Shown piece by piece: positions 18,218 to 27,590 of a DNA stretch of 50,562 nt. Origin of the DNA: Candidatus Moranbacteria bacterium CG_4_9_14_3_um_filter_44_28. GTDB lineage: Bacteria; Patescibacteriota; Minisyncoccia; Moranbacterales; UBA11712. The notes under the pieces were generated by a model that saw only the letters and a program-made list of their open reading frames with translations, did no database searches and had not been told where the DNA came from. Position 1 is the first letter of the stretch; every line of letters starts with the position of its first letter. Made by a program: the position numbers and the translations under genes. The stretch spans positions 1 to 50,562 of the forward strand of contig PFVO01000042.1 in the NCBI GenBank assembly GCA_002790655.1, written 5' to 3'.

Positions 18218-19164
18218 TTCTTATACTTCTCTTTCTTCAAAAAATACGTCTGATCTTCGGTGAGCTTGCGGTTCGTCTTGATCATATCGGCAATGAGCGC
18301 AAAAACGAAAAGCTGGATTCCGACCAGCAGCAAAACTCCGGCAAGCGCCAGCCAGGTCCGAAAAGGAGAAACTTTAAAATGGGAAAAATAATAAATCGAA
18401 AAAGCAATTCCTATGGAAAAAGCCATGGCAACAAGAACGACTCCGGGAACTCCAAAAAAAACAAGCGGCCGGGCGTCGCGGACCGTGCGCAGGATTATCA
18501 TAAAAGACTGAAATATGAATTTACTGACTGACTTTACGACTTTCGACTCGCGATCTTCAAAATAGGTCACCTCGACCGGAATCCACTTCACGATTAAGTT
18601 CTTTGAGATGGCATCAATGATTGTTTCCTGCGTGTAGGTGAAGCGATAGGCAAGGTTGAGCCGCAGCATCGTCTCGCGCGAGAGAGCCCGGAAACCGCAG
18701 GTGAGATCGTCAATCTTGTAGCGCAAAAATTTTCCGATGATGCCGGCCGCAAGGCGATTGAGCCAGTTTTTTATCCAAGGCATATTTTTTGCCGATTTAA
18801 TGCCGAAGCGGGAAGCCACGACCATATCCGCTTTTCCGGCGAGAATCAATTCTGTGAACTTCGGGATGTCGCTCGCCGGAAATTGGCCGTCGGCGTCAAT
18901 ATTCACGAAAGCATCCGCTTTGTGCTCGAGGGCCGATTCCACGGCCGTCCGGAAAGTCGCTCCAACTCCCTGGTTGCGAACGTGGCTTACGACAATGTCG
19001 GCTCCCGCTTCTTTTGAAACTTCGACTGTTTTGTCGCGCGAACCATCATCAACAACCTGAATTTTGACTTCGCTGAATCCATTGATATGCCGCGGGACTT
19101 TTTTTATCACTTCGCTAATGGTTTCTTCCTCGTTGTAAGCGGGAATATTGACAATTAGACGCAT
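18214..19164 (-). CDS. Glycosyltransferase family 2 with C-terminal TM helices (polyprenyl-phosphate sugar synthase-like, GtrB/DPM1-type)
   Basis: Start set at the ATG (MRLIVNIPAYNEEETI); the track start at 19179 is a TTG. VVDDGSRDKT and NIDADGQ (DxD) motifs, plus two C-terminal TM helices. Confidence 0.8.
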   Translation of the reverse strand: MRLIVNIPAYNEEETISEVIKKVPRHINGFSEVKIQVVDDGSRDKTVEVSKEAGADIVVSHVRNQGVGATFRTAVESALEHKADAFVNIDADGQFPASDIPKFTELILAGKADMVVASRFGIKSAKNMPWIKNWLNRLAAGIIGKFLRYKIDDLTCGFRALSRETMLRLNLAYRFTYTQETIIDAISKNLIVKWIPVEVTYFEDRESKVVKSVSKFIFQSFMIILRTVRDARPLVFFGVPGVVLVAMAFSIGIAFSIYYFSHFKVSPFRTWLALAGVLLLVGIQLFVFALIADMIKTNRKLTEDQTYFLKKEKYKK

Positions 19165-19321
19165 AATATAAAAATTCAAAATTTAAAAATCAAAATGCAA
19201 AATGACAATGCAAAATTCAAAATACCCCTATTTCTCATTGAATTTAATATAGCATATTAACCCAAAAAAATCCAGTTTATGGAATTGCTTTTTTGCTTTT
19301 TTTATTGTAAATTATAATTAT

Positions 19322-20449
19322 ATGAAAATCGGCATAAACGCTTCATTTTTGCGAAAACTCGACACCGGAATTGGGCAGGTTTCACACGGATTTGTCAAAG
19401 AAATAATCAGATCTCATTCAGACGAAAATGAGTATTTTTTATATCTTGAGAAAGATATCGAACTCAAACTGCCGAAAAATTTTCACAAAAGAATATTTTT
19501 GCCGACTTGGAAGCGCGACGATCTGATCCGGAAAATTTGGTGGGAGAAACTTTTGCTACCAAAAAAAGTGCGCGGAGACAAGTGCGATGTTTTTATTTCC
19601 CTCTATCAATGTCCGACAAATTTTGCAAAAAATATCAAACATAAAATGCTGGTTCACGACCTGATTCCGAAAATCTTTCCGGAATATCTCGACAACTGGC
19701 GCAAGAAATTATATTTCTACCTTTCCAACCGGGCCATTCGCCGCACCGACGAGATATTTACTATCTCCGAATGGTCAAAAAAGGATATTCACAAGTACCT
19801 GGAAATCCCGACTGAAAAAATAAAAGTGGCTCATCCAAGCGTCGGAGAGGAATTTTTTGAAAAAGCGGACGATGAAAAAGACAACCGAGTCCTGGAAAAA
19901 TATGGAGTTTACGGACGCTACATTTTTTATGTCGGCGGATTTGATTTTCGAAAAAATATTCCCGGACTGCTCAAGGCCTACGCGAAATTGCTGGAACGTT
20001 ATGAGATTAACGACGTAAATTTGGTGCTCGGCGGAGAAGATAAATCGCGCTTCAGCCCGCTCTTTACAGATGTTAGAAAAGAAATTAAAGACCTTGAGCT
20101 CGAAGAAAACGTGAAGTTAATCGGCTTTGTCGAACAAAAAGATATGCCGGCTCTTTATCGCCAGTGCGAGCTTTTTGTTCTGTCGTCTTTTTATGAAGGC
20201 TTTGGCCTAATGGCGCTTGAAGCGATGGCTTGCGGCGCGCCGACCGCCGTCTCAAAATCATCCTCTCTTCCCGAAGTCGGCGGTGACGCGGTTTTATATT
20301 TCAATCCCCACGATACCGAAGAAATGGCACGAGTGATGGGAAAAATTTTGCGCAACAACAAATTGCGACTGCGGCTCGCCGAAAAAGGCAGAGAGCGAGC
20401 CAAAAAATTCAGCTGGAAAAGTTTTGTGAAAGTTTTTTTTGAGAAATAA
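19322..20449 (+). CDS. Glycosyltransferase family 4
   Basis: FVLSSFYEGFGLMALEAMACGAPTAVSKSSSLPEV. 375 aa; paralogous in length and layout to 22996-24123. Confidence 0.85.
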   Translation: MKIGINASFLRKLDTGIGQVSHGFVKEIIRSHSDENEYFLYLEKDIELKLPKNFHKRIFLPTWKRDDLIRKIWWEKLLLPKKVRGDKCDVFISLYQCPTNFAKNIKHKMLVHDLIPKIFPEYLDNWRKKLYFYLSNRAIRRTDEIFTISEWSKKDIHKYLEIPTEKIKVAHPSVGEEFFEKADDEKDNRVLEKYGVYGRYIFYVGGFDFRKNIPGLLKAYAKLLERYEINDVNLVLGGEDKSRFSPLFTDVRKEIKDLELEENVKLIGFVEQKDMPALYRQCELFVLSSFYEGFGLMALEAMACGAPTAVSKSSSLPEVGGDAVLYFNPHDTEEMARVMGKILRNNKLRLRLAEKGRERAKKFSWKSFVKVFFEK

Positions 20450-20462
20450 ATTGGGAAATAAT

Positions 20463-20975
20463 ATGCCTGCGCCAGAAATAAGCATAGAAAAGGCGAAAAA
20501 AGACAAACTTTTTTATTTTGTCGCGAATGTGGTTGTCTGGCGCGAATCCGACAGACGATGTTTGATTTTGAAAAGAAGCGAACGGGAGAAAGTTCATCCG
20601 GGAAAATACGCCATGCCCGGCGGAAAATTGGAGTGGAAAGATATGGATCTCGCGCATCCAACCCGAATGAATGGCGATGTGATCGATTTCGAAAACGCCG
20701 TGGAAGATTTGGTGGCTCGGGAAACGCGAGAAGAAGCGGGAATTGAGATTGAAAAGAAACTATACTATATAAACAGCGTGGCCTTCGTCCGCCCCGACGG
20801 AATCCCTGTAATATTGGTGAAATTCGCCGCCAAATACAAAAGCGGAAATGTCTCGCCAAACCCGCACGACTTTTCCGATTTCGCATGGGTGAACGAGAAC
20901 GAAATTGTAAATTATGACTATATCAAGGGCATTGACGAGGAGATAAAGGAAACTATAAAAATTTTCGGGAAATAA
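20463..20975 (+). CDS. NUDIX hydrolase
   Basis: Start at the first ATG after the upstream stop. Nudix box PGGKLE...ENAVEDLVARETREEAGIE, interrupted by a roughly 19-aa insertion. Confidence 0.75.
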   Translation: MPAPEISIEKAKKDKLFYFVANVVVWRESDRRCLILKRSEREKVHPGKYAMPGGKLEWKDMDLAHPTRMNGDVIDFENAVEDLVARETREEAGIEIEKKLYYINSVAFVRPDGIPVILVKFAAKYKSGNVSPNPHDFSDFAWVNENEIVNYDYIKGIDEEIKETIKIFGK

Positions 20976-20993
20976 AATTATAAATATTTATTC

Positions 20994-22991
20994 ATGATTG
21001 AAAATCCAGAAAATAATTTTAATGTTTTGGAGTTTTTATCTCACGTGGACGTTAGCGATGAAGAAATTGATAATTTCAGGAAAGATCGAGTTTTATCAGA
21101 AAGAATAGACTTATTTAATGTTATAAAAAAGGAAAAACAAATGATAATGATCGCTATTGATCAATTACCGATCGGACAGCTCAATCGACTAATTGAGCTC
21201 GCAAAAACGAAAGACAAAGAAAGAATGTTTGTTATACATGATATAAAATCAGCTCTACTTGACTTAAACAATTGTACAGAAGATGAAAAAATGACTATTA
21301 AAGAAATATTTAGATATACAAAAACCATCCTCAAAAAACAAATTTCCATTCTTTGGATTTTCAGCGTGGCATTGGGATTTGCTCTGATTGTCTTCGCCGA
21401 CAAAAACAAATTGCCACTGGGAACGGGGGATTTTGTTTTTTTCGCGATTTTGGCGCTTTTCGTCGCGCTATACCGCCCGCGGTGGATATTTTTTCTCTTC
21501 GTGAGTTTCGTACCGCTTGAAAACATTATTCTTGTTGGCGGATTTTTGCCCCTGCAGCTTCGGCCGTACCAGTTTTTAGGCGGCATTCTGATTGTCGCAG
21601 TCGCAATTTTATATATCTTCAAAAAATTGAAATTTGAACTGCTGAAACCAAATTGGATTGACTGGCTGATATTTTCGCTTTTCTCGTTGAGTCTTTTGGC
21701 TGTTTTCAATGCGCCGAATAAATCCGCGACTCTCAAGCAAAATCTGGTTTTAATCTCGTTTGTCGCATTGTACTATCTCGTTCGTAATTTCATTCGAACC
21801 AAAGATGACTTAATCAAAACCACTTTCTTTTTTGTCGGTTCGTTTTTAGTTGTTGTAATATACGGATTTTATCAGGTATTTGCCGACAAATTCGGCTGGC
21901 AGTCTTTCGAGATAATGTTCGGCCGGCCGAATTCAACTTTCGCTGAACCGGACTGGCTGGGAATATTTTTATGCTTCGCGCTGGCAGTGTTGTTATCAGC
22001 GTTTCATTACTGTCATCCCGAGCGAAGCCGAGGGATCTTCGTTAATAATACAATGACTAGCCACAACTTAAGCATAAAGATTTCTCCACTCCTTCAGCTG
22101 AAGCCGAAGTCGGTCGAAATGACAAGAATAGTCACGTTATTTCTCATTTTCTTCAACCTAACCCTTCTCATTTTAACCCTTTCCCGCTCGGCTTGGATCG
22201 GCACTGCCGTAATTATAGTATTCTATTTAATTCTAAACCTCTACAAAAAGACGGAAGGGGGGATAAAACTAACCATCCAAAACTTTACAAATAAACTCGC
22301 GGTGGTCGCACTTATTATTCTTTTTTCCCTCGCGGCAATTCGTGTCGGCGGACTTTCCAAATTTGATATTTTCGACCGGGCCCGTTCGACAACCACCAGC
22401 GAACAAAAAATCACCATTGCCTGCAAAAGCAACATAAACGTTCCCGCTTCAATCAGGGACGTTGGCGAACTTTCAAAATACAATTGCCGCCACATTAATC
22501 TTGAGGAAATTAATTATTATAAGTCGCAGGGAAAAATCGTGACCGAAATTTATCGCAAAGATCCCAATGTTCTCACTCGTGGTCAAATTTATCAGAAAAG
22601 CTGGCAAATAATAAAGAGGCATCCAGTTCTAGGAGTTGGTTTTGGAACCATTACTCAAAAACTTGGCATAGATGCGCGAGGAGCCGGGCTCAACGAAAGT
22701 AATATTTTTCTCCAGATCTGGGTGGGAAGCGGAATTTTGGGATTGATTGCATTTTTGGTTGCAATCGGTTATTTATTTATGCACTCATTTAGAAAACTTT
22801 CGCCCGTCTGCCCGCTGGAAAAATGGTTCAGTTGCCCGGCTGTCAAAAACGAATTTGAAAGAAGCCTGGCTATTTTTACGGTCTTGGGAATTTTAGCCTT
22901 AATAATCCCGAATCTATTCAACGCCGGACTTTTTATGGGAATATTTTGGCTGGGATTGACGACAATCGTTTCCTCAAAAGAGATAAGATAA
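20994..22991 (+). CDS. O-antigen ligase / polymerase-like (Wzy_C domain) membrane protein with N-terminal cytoplasmic extension
   Basis: 665 aa with many TM helices and an LSRSAWIG motif typical of the Wzy_C family. Carries a repeat-derived in-frame insertion at about 22012-22123. Confidence 0.7.
   Translation: MIENPENNFNVLEFLSHVDVSDEEIDNFRKDRVLSERIDLFNVIKKEKQMIMIAIDQLPIGQLNRLIELAKTKDKERMFVIHDIKSALLDLNNCTEDEKMTIKEIFRYTKTILKKQISILWIFSVALGFALIVFADKNKLPLGTGDFVFFAILALFVALYRPRWIFFLFVSFVPLENIILVGGFLPLQLRPYQFLGGILIVAVAILYIFKKLKFELLKPNWIDWLIFSLFSLSLLAVFNAPNKSATLKQNLVLISFVALYYLVRNFIRTKDDLIKTTFFFVGSFLVVVIYGFYQVFADKFGWQSFEIMFGRPNSTFAEPDWLGIFLCFALAVLLSAFHYCHPERSRGIFVNNTMTSHNLSIKISPLLQLKPKSVEMTRIVTLFLIFFNLTLLILTLSRSAWIGTAVIIVFYLILNLYKKTEGGIKLTIQNFTNKLAVVALIILFSLAAIRVGGLSKFDIFDRARSTTTSEQKITIACKSNINVPASIRDVGELSKYNCRHINLEEINYYKSQGKIVTEIYRKDPNVLTRGQIYQKSWQIIKRHPVLGVGFGTITQKLGIDARGAGLNESNIFLQIWVGSGILGLIAFLVAIGYLFMHSFRKLSPVCPLEKWFSCPAVKNEFERSLAIFTVLGILALIIPNLFNAGLFMGIFWLGLTTIVSSKEIR
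22012..22123. repeat. Approx. 112-nt repeat element (GTCATCCCGAGCGAAGCCGAGGGATC ... CTTCAGCTGAAG ... GGTCGAAATGAC) translated in-frame within the ligase-like CDS
   Basis: GC-rich ends with GTCAT/ATGAC termini and an internal 12-bp perfect palindrome CTTCAGCTGAAG. The left end recurs at 33991-34022. Encodes ..CHPERSRGIFVNN...ISPLLQLKPKSVEMT.. between TM segments. Boundaries are approximate. Confidence 0.65.
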
Positions 22992-22995
22992 CTAA

Positions 22996-24123
22996 ATGAT
23001 AATTGGCATCGACATTCGAGTCATCGGCAAAAAATGCACCGGCGATGAGGTGTACTTTTTCAACTTGGTGAAAAATTTGGCGGCGATAGACAAAGCAAAC
23101 AAATATTTTCTTTTCACCGACCGCGATCAGGAAAAAGATTCTGATTTAGCTCGAGAAATTGAAAAGCTGGAACTGGGGTCTAATTTCAAAATTATTTTTC
23201 TGAATTCACCGAATCGCTTCTGGTGGAATTTGTGGGCTCTGCCGAATTATCTCCGCCAGAATCCGGTGGATATTTTCCATACTCAATACATCGCTCCTTT
23301 TTGGCTTCCAAAAAATATAAAATTAGTTCTCACTATCCACGATATTTCTTTCAACTTTTTTCCGAAATACATCAAAAAATCCGATTTGTTTTTCTTAAAA
23401 ACTCTTCTTCCGAGAAGCATCCGGCGGGCTGACAAAATAATCACCGTTTCCCAAAGCGAGCAGGAGCAAATTATAAATTTCTACAAAATCCAGCCGGAAA
23501 AAATTGATTTTGTCTACAACGGCGTGGATTATGAAAATTTTGCGAAAGAATTTTCTGAAGAGGAAAAAGAGAAGGTTCGACAAAAATACAATTTACCGCA
23601 AAAATTTCTGCTTTATATCGGAACTTTTCAGCCTCGGAAAAATATACCGGTTCTAATCGAAGCAATAAAATCTCTGGATATAAAATTAATCCTCGCCGGA
23701 AACAGAAACGCGCGCAATTTTGATAAAAAAATCAATGAAGTCATCGAAAAAAATAATTTTCAAAATAAAGTAATTTTTCCAGGATGGATTGATGAGGAAG
23801 ATAAGCCCGCGTTATTACAAATAGCCGATTGTTTTGTCTTCCCATCGCTCTATGAAGGTTTCGGCATTCCAATTGTTGAGGCCATGGCCGCCGGTACGCC
23901 GGTTATTTCTTCAAATAAGACATCCCTGCCCGAAGTAGGAAAAGACGGAGCTCTATTCTGCGACCCTAAAAACACCGACGAGTTTTCCAAAAGGATATAC
24001 CAAGCTATTGCCGATGAAAATTTAAAGGCTGATATAATTAAGAGGGGATCAGAAATAGCTAAATTATACTCCTGGCAAAAAACCGCCGAAAAGACTCTCA
24101 ACATGTATAAATCTCTAATGTAA
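22996..24123 (+). CDS. Glycosyltransferase family 4
   Basis: FVFPSLYEGFGIPIVEAMAAGTPVISSNKTSLPEV. 375 aa. Confidence 0.85.
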   Translation: MIIGIDIRVIGKKCTGDEVYFFNLVKNLAAIDKANKYFLFTDRDQEKDSDLAREIEKLELGSNFKIIFLNSPNRFWWNLWALPNYLRQNPVDIFHTQYIAPFWLPKNIKLVLTIHDISFNFFPKYIKKSDLFFLKTLLPRSIRRADKIITVSQSEQEQIINFYKIQPEKIDFVYNGVDYENFAKEFSEEEKEKVRQKYNLPQKFLLYIGTFQPRKNIPVLIEAIKSLDIKLILAGNRNARNFDKKINEVIEKNNFQNKVIFPGWIDEEDKPALLQIADCFVFPSLYEGFGIPIVEAMAAGTPVISSNKTSLPEVGKDGALFCDPKNTDEFSKRIYQAIADENLKADIIKRGSEIAKLYSWQKTAEKTLNMYKSLM

Positions 24124-24225
24124 TTCCTTGCATTGCCATAAATATTTTTTCATACTATACTCACAAAAGATGTCGCGAGGCTGATCATTTTTAATTTGTA
24201 CGCAAATTAATTAATATCAAAACTT

Positions 24226-25293
24226 ATGGGAATTTTCGGATCAAGATACGAAGAAGAAAGCGTCAGGCCAAGAAGGAAAAAATTTTACAAAAAAAAATGG
24301 TTTAAGATTTTGCTGGTGATTATTCTACTTATAGCCGCCACAGGCGGCTGGGCGATGTACAAAGCCGGAATGACTTTGAGCAAAATCTCAACCAAAGACG
24401 GATTTCTGAAATCGCTTTGGAAATCCATCCCGGGAGTCGGACCCGATGAACTTCAAGGGGAAAAAGAAGGACAGATCAACGTTCTGCTTCTTGGAATGCG
24501 CGGAAACAATATGCCGGGCGGGGGACTCTTGGCTGACACCATTATGGTCGTGATGGCCCGGCCGCAGGAAAATAAAGTTGCCCTCCTTTCCATTCCGCGC
24601 GATCTCTGGGTGAAGCATCCGGACAGCTCTACGCAAAGCAAAATAAACTCCATCCACGCACTCTATGAAGAAAAAGGCGAGGGGAAAGGTATGGAGGCCA
24701 TGAAGCAAGTTGTCGGTGACATAACAGGACTCCCCATTCACTACGCCGTCCGAATTGATTTTATAGGATTCAAGGAACTCGTTGAAACGGTTGGAGGAGT
24801 TGACATATATCTTGATCAGCTTTTCTCTGAACCAACCCAGTTCGAAGGCGAAAATGCGCTCAATTTTTCGCTCCCGGCTGGAAAAAATCACATTGATGGT
24901 CAAAGGGCTCTGTTTTTCGTCCGCGCCCGCTACGCGTCATCCGATTTTGAACGGGCCAAAAGACAACAGCAAGTTTTAATTGCTCTTAAGGACAAGCTCT
25001 TGAGTCTGGGAACGTTAGCAGATTTCGGAAAAGTGAATAACATTTTGAACGTATTGGGAGAAGACGTCCGCACCGATATGGACATTTCCGAAATGAAAAA
25101 CTTTTTTGAACTGGCAAACAAAACCCAGAACCCCCAAATCAAACAAAAAGTTCTCGACACTTCGGAGGGGGGGCTACTGTATTCGACCAAGGCCGACACG
25201 CCGGAAGGGAAAACATACGTACTGCTCCCGGCCGGCGGAAATTACAACAAAATCCGCGAAGTCGTAAAAAATATTTTCCAGCAAGAGAAATGA
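24226..25293 (+). CDS. LytR-CpsA-Psr (LCP) family glycopolymer transferase
   Basis: N-terminal TM. INVLLLGMRG, DTIMVV, LLSIPRDLWV, ALFFVRARY (conserved Arg residues of LCP). Confidence 0.85.
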   Translation: MGIFGSRYEEESVRPRRKKFYKKKWFKILLVIILLIAATGGWAMYKAGMTLSKISTKDGFLKSLWKSIPGVGPDELQGEKEGQINVLLLGMRGNNMPGGGLLADTIMVVMARPQENKVALLSIPRDLWVKHPDSSTQSKINSIHALYEEKGEGKGMEAMKQVVGDITGLPIHYAVRIDFIGFKELVETVGGVDIYLDQLFSEPTQFEGENALNFSLPAGKNHIDGQRALFFVRARYASSDFERAKRQQQVLIALKDKLLSLGTLADFGKVNNILNVLGEDVRTDMDISEMKNFFELANKTQNPQIKQKVLDTSEGGLLYSTKADTPEGKTYVLLPAGGNYNKIREVVKNIFQQEK

Positions 25294-25317
25294 GAAATTA
25301 GCAGTGAGAGATGAGAA

Positions 25318-26136
25318 ATGAAAAAAGAATTATCAATTATTGTCACGAGCTACAAAAACCCACCGGTTCTTCGGCTTTGTCTGGAATCGCTTCGGAAAAA
25401 TGTCCTTTGCAAAAATTATGAAATTCTGGTTCTTAACAGCTCCACAGAAGAAGATACGGAAATGATGATGAGAGAGGATTTTCCGGATGTTAAGTTCTTC
25501 CCATTTAAAAATAATTTGGGTTTTTCCAAGCTTGTAAATAACGGGCTGAAAAAAACAAAAGGCGATTATATTCTCATATTGAATGCGGATATAATAATAG
25601 AAAAAAAATCCGCGGATATACTGCTCCAGCAATTGAAAAATAACCCCTCCATTGGAATTATCGGTCCGAAACTGCTCAATTTTGACGGGAAAGTACAGCC
25701 CTCATGCTTTAAATTCTATACACCGTCCATAATTATATACCGCCGCACTTTTCTGGGAAGATTTCAGTTTGCCAAAAGAAAAATCAACAAATTTTTGTAT
25801 AAAGATAAAGATTTAGAAAAACCACAAGAAGTTGATTGGATAATGGGGTCCGCTATAATGACAATCCGCAGGGCATTCGAAAAAGTCGGGTTAATGGAAG
25901 AAAATTTCGGATTTATGTATTTCGAAGATGTCGATTGGTGCCGAAGATTTTGGGAAAAAGGATTTAAGGTCGTTTATTATCCGCACGCGAAAATGTTTCA
26001 CTATCACGGAAAAGGTTCGGCAAGCCAAAGCGCCCTAAAAGCCGTTCTTTTCAACAGGCTCACCAGAGAACACGTAAAAAGTGCTCTGAAATATTTTTGG
26101 AAATATCTCGGAAAACCAAATTCGCATCAAGAATGA
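25318..26136 (+). CDS. Glycosyltransferase family 2
   Basis: LSIIVTSYKNP, LNADIII (DxD-like), WIMGSAIMTIRRAF and YFEDVDWCRR are typical of GT2 rhamnosyl/galactosyltransferase-like enzymes. Confidence 0.85.
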   Translation: MKKELSIIVTSYKNPPVLRLCLESLRKNVLCKNYEILVLNSSTEEDTEMMMREDFPDVKFFPFKNNLGFSKLVNNGLKKTKGDYILILNADIIIEKKSADILLQQLKNNPSIGIIGPKLLNFDGKVQPSCFKFYTPSIIIYRRTFLGRFQFAKRKINKFLYKDKDLEKPQEVDWIMGSAIMTIRRAFEKVGLMEENFGFMYFEDVDWCRRFWEKGFKVVYYPHAKMFHYHGKGSASQSALKAVLFNRLTREHVKSALKYFWKYLGKPNSHQE

Positions 26137-26257
26137 TGCCTGCCCGAAATGCTTTGATTATCGAAGCAATTACAGAATAACAAATTAATAAGTTTATCAA
26201 AGAATAATAGACCGGTAGCAATAGGAGCATCTCAAAGCAGGCGGGCTAATCCGTGAA

Positions 26258-26279
26258 TTGCCTGCCGGCAGGCAGGCAA
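26258..26279. promoter_or_regulatory. GC-rich hairpin/palindrome ending 4 nt before the ctpA start codon
   Basis: TTGCCTGCC-GGCA-GGCAGGCAA (9-bp stem). It contains a 14-bp perfect palindrome GCCTGCCGGCAGGC at 26260-26273 and a GGCA x3 register ambiguity. Confidence 0.5.
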
Positions 26280-26283
26280 ATTT

Positions 26284-27537
26284 ATGAATGTAGAAACTAA
26301 TTACAAACCCAGCAAATTCCGCCGGCATTTCAAAATCTTTGTCGTCGTTGTTCTTGTCTGTACCAGTTTTTTCGCCGGGGTTTTCTATGCTGAATACAAG
26401 TCCTCCAGAACCAACAAGACTGCTGTTCTCGAAAACATTCTTGTAAAAAGCCACGAAAAAAAACAGCCGCAGGGCATGGACTTCAGTCTCTTTTGGGAAG
26501 CTTGGAATCTTATAAATGAAAAATATGTTGACAAAAGCAAGCTGGACCAGACGAAAATGATTTATGGATCCATTTCCGGGATGATAAAAGCGGTCGGCGA
26601 TCCTTTTTCCGGATTTATGAATCCGGAAGAAACCGAGGCTTTCTCGCAAGACATGGAAGGAACCTTTGACGGAATCGGCGTGGAGATCGGAATGAAAAAC
26701 GAAATTTTGACCGTGATTGCGCCCCTTGAAGGAACTCCGGCCGCAAAAGCCGGACTCAAAGCCGGAGATAAAATCCTCAAAATAGGAGATGAGCTTACAA
26801 CCGACATGTCGGTTGACCAAGCCGTTACAAAAATTCGCGGCCCGAAGGGAACCGAGATTACGCTCACTGTTCTTCGAAACGGCGACGACGAGCCAAAGGA
26901 AATCAAAATTACAAGGGACACAATAAGCGTAAAGAGCGTGAAACTTGAAACGAAAGACGGAGAAATCGCCATAGTCAAAATTTCGAAGTTCGGCGACGAC
27001 ACAACCGCGGAATTCAACAGAGTCGCATCCCGGATCATTACTCAAAAAAGCAAAGGAATCGTTTTGGATCTTCGCAACAATCCCGGCGGCTATCTTGAGT
27101 CAGCCATTGACATTTCCTCAAAATTCATTCCCCAGGGAGAAGTAATTGTCCTCGAGGAAACAAGCGACGGAAGCAAAAAAAATTATGACGCGCGGGGAGG
27201 AAGCATCCTTTCCGGACTGCCAGTCATCGTTTTGGTGAATGGCGGAAGCGCCAGCGCTTCAGAAATCACCGCGGGCGCCCTGCGAGACGACCTCGGCGCG
27301 ATTCTCGTTGGAAAAAAGACCTTCGGCAAAGGCTCCGTCCAGCAGCTTGAAAAATTGTCGGGTGGCTCGAGCTTGCGTATCACCATTGCCCGCTGGCTCA
27401 CTCCGAACGGGGACTATATAATGGAAAAAGGGATTGACCCGACCGTTGACATTGATCTCACGGATAATGATTACAACAATGACCGCGATCCTCAAATGGA
27501 CAGGGCCCTGGAAATCTTGAAGGAGAAAATTAAATAA
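26284..27537 (+). CDS. ctpA: S41 family C-terminal processing peptidase
   Basis: N-terminal TM, PDZ region (GIGVEIG...GTPAAKAGLKAGDKILKI), LDLRNNPGG, GGSASASEI (Ser nucleophile) and TFGKGSVQ (Lys). Confidence 0.9.
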   Translation: MNVETNYKPSKFRRHFKIFVVVVLVCTSFFAGVFYAEYKSSRTNKTAVLENILVKSHEKKQPQGMDFSLFWEAWNLINEKYVDKSKLDQTKMIYGSISGMIKAVGDPFSGFMNPEETEAFSQDMEGTFDGIGVEIGMKNEILTVIAPLEGTPAAKAGLKAGDKILKIGDELTTDMSVDQAVTKIRGPKGTEITLTVLRNGDDEPKEIKITRDTISVKSVKLETKDGEIAIVKISKFGDDTTAEFNRVASRIITQKSKGIVLDLRNNPGGYLESAIDISSKFIPQGEVIVLEETSDGSKKNYDARGGSILSGLPVIVLVNGGSASASEITAGALRDDLGAILVGKKTFGKGSVQQLEKLSGGSSLRITIARWLTPNGDYIMEKGIDPTVDIDLTDNDYNNDRDPQMDRALEILKEKIK

Positions 27538-27566
27538 TTGCCGGCATAATATTTTCAAGCTATAAT
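27538..27566 (+). promoter_or_regulatory. Sigma70-like promoter candidate for rplI (TTGCCG-17 nt-TATAAT)
   Basis: TTGCCG at 27538-27543, a 17-nt spacer, and a consensus TATAAT at 27561-27566, 24 nt upstream of the rplI ATG with a purine-rich RBS between. Confidence 0.5.
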
Positions 27567-27590
27567 TGAAACAGGAAAAGGAACAAAAAA

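Noticed and set aside
20191-20886. Long antisense ORFs in the track: 20191-20886(-), 26197-27045(-), 27560-27979(-), 1911-2537(+), 24388-24903(-), 21161-21736(-), 28182-28691(-), 30839-31336(+).
   Set aside because: Each lies opposite a gene with clear family motifs (GT4/Nudix, CtpA, L9, Fmt, LCP, ligase-like, PyrG, DUF2062). Their translations are low-complexity R/S/F-rich with no motifs.
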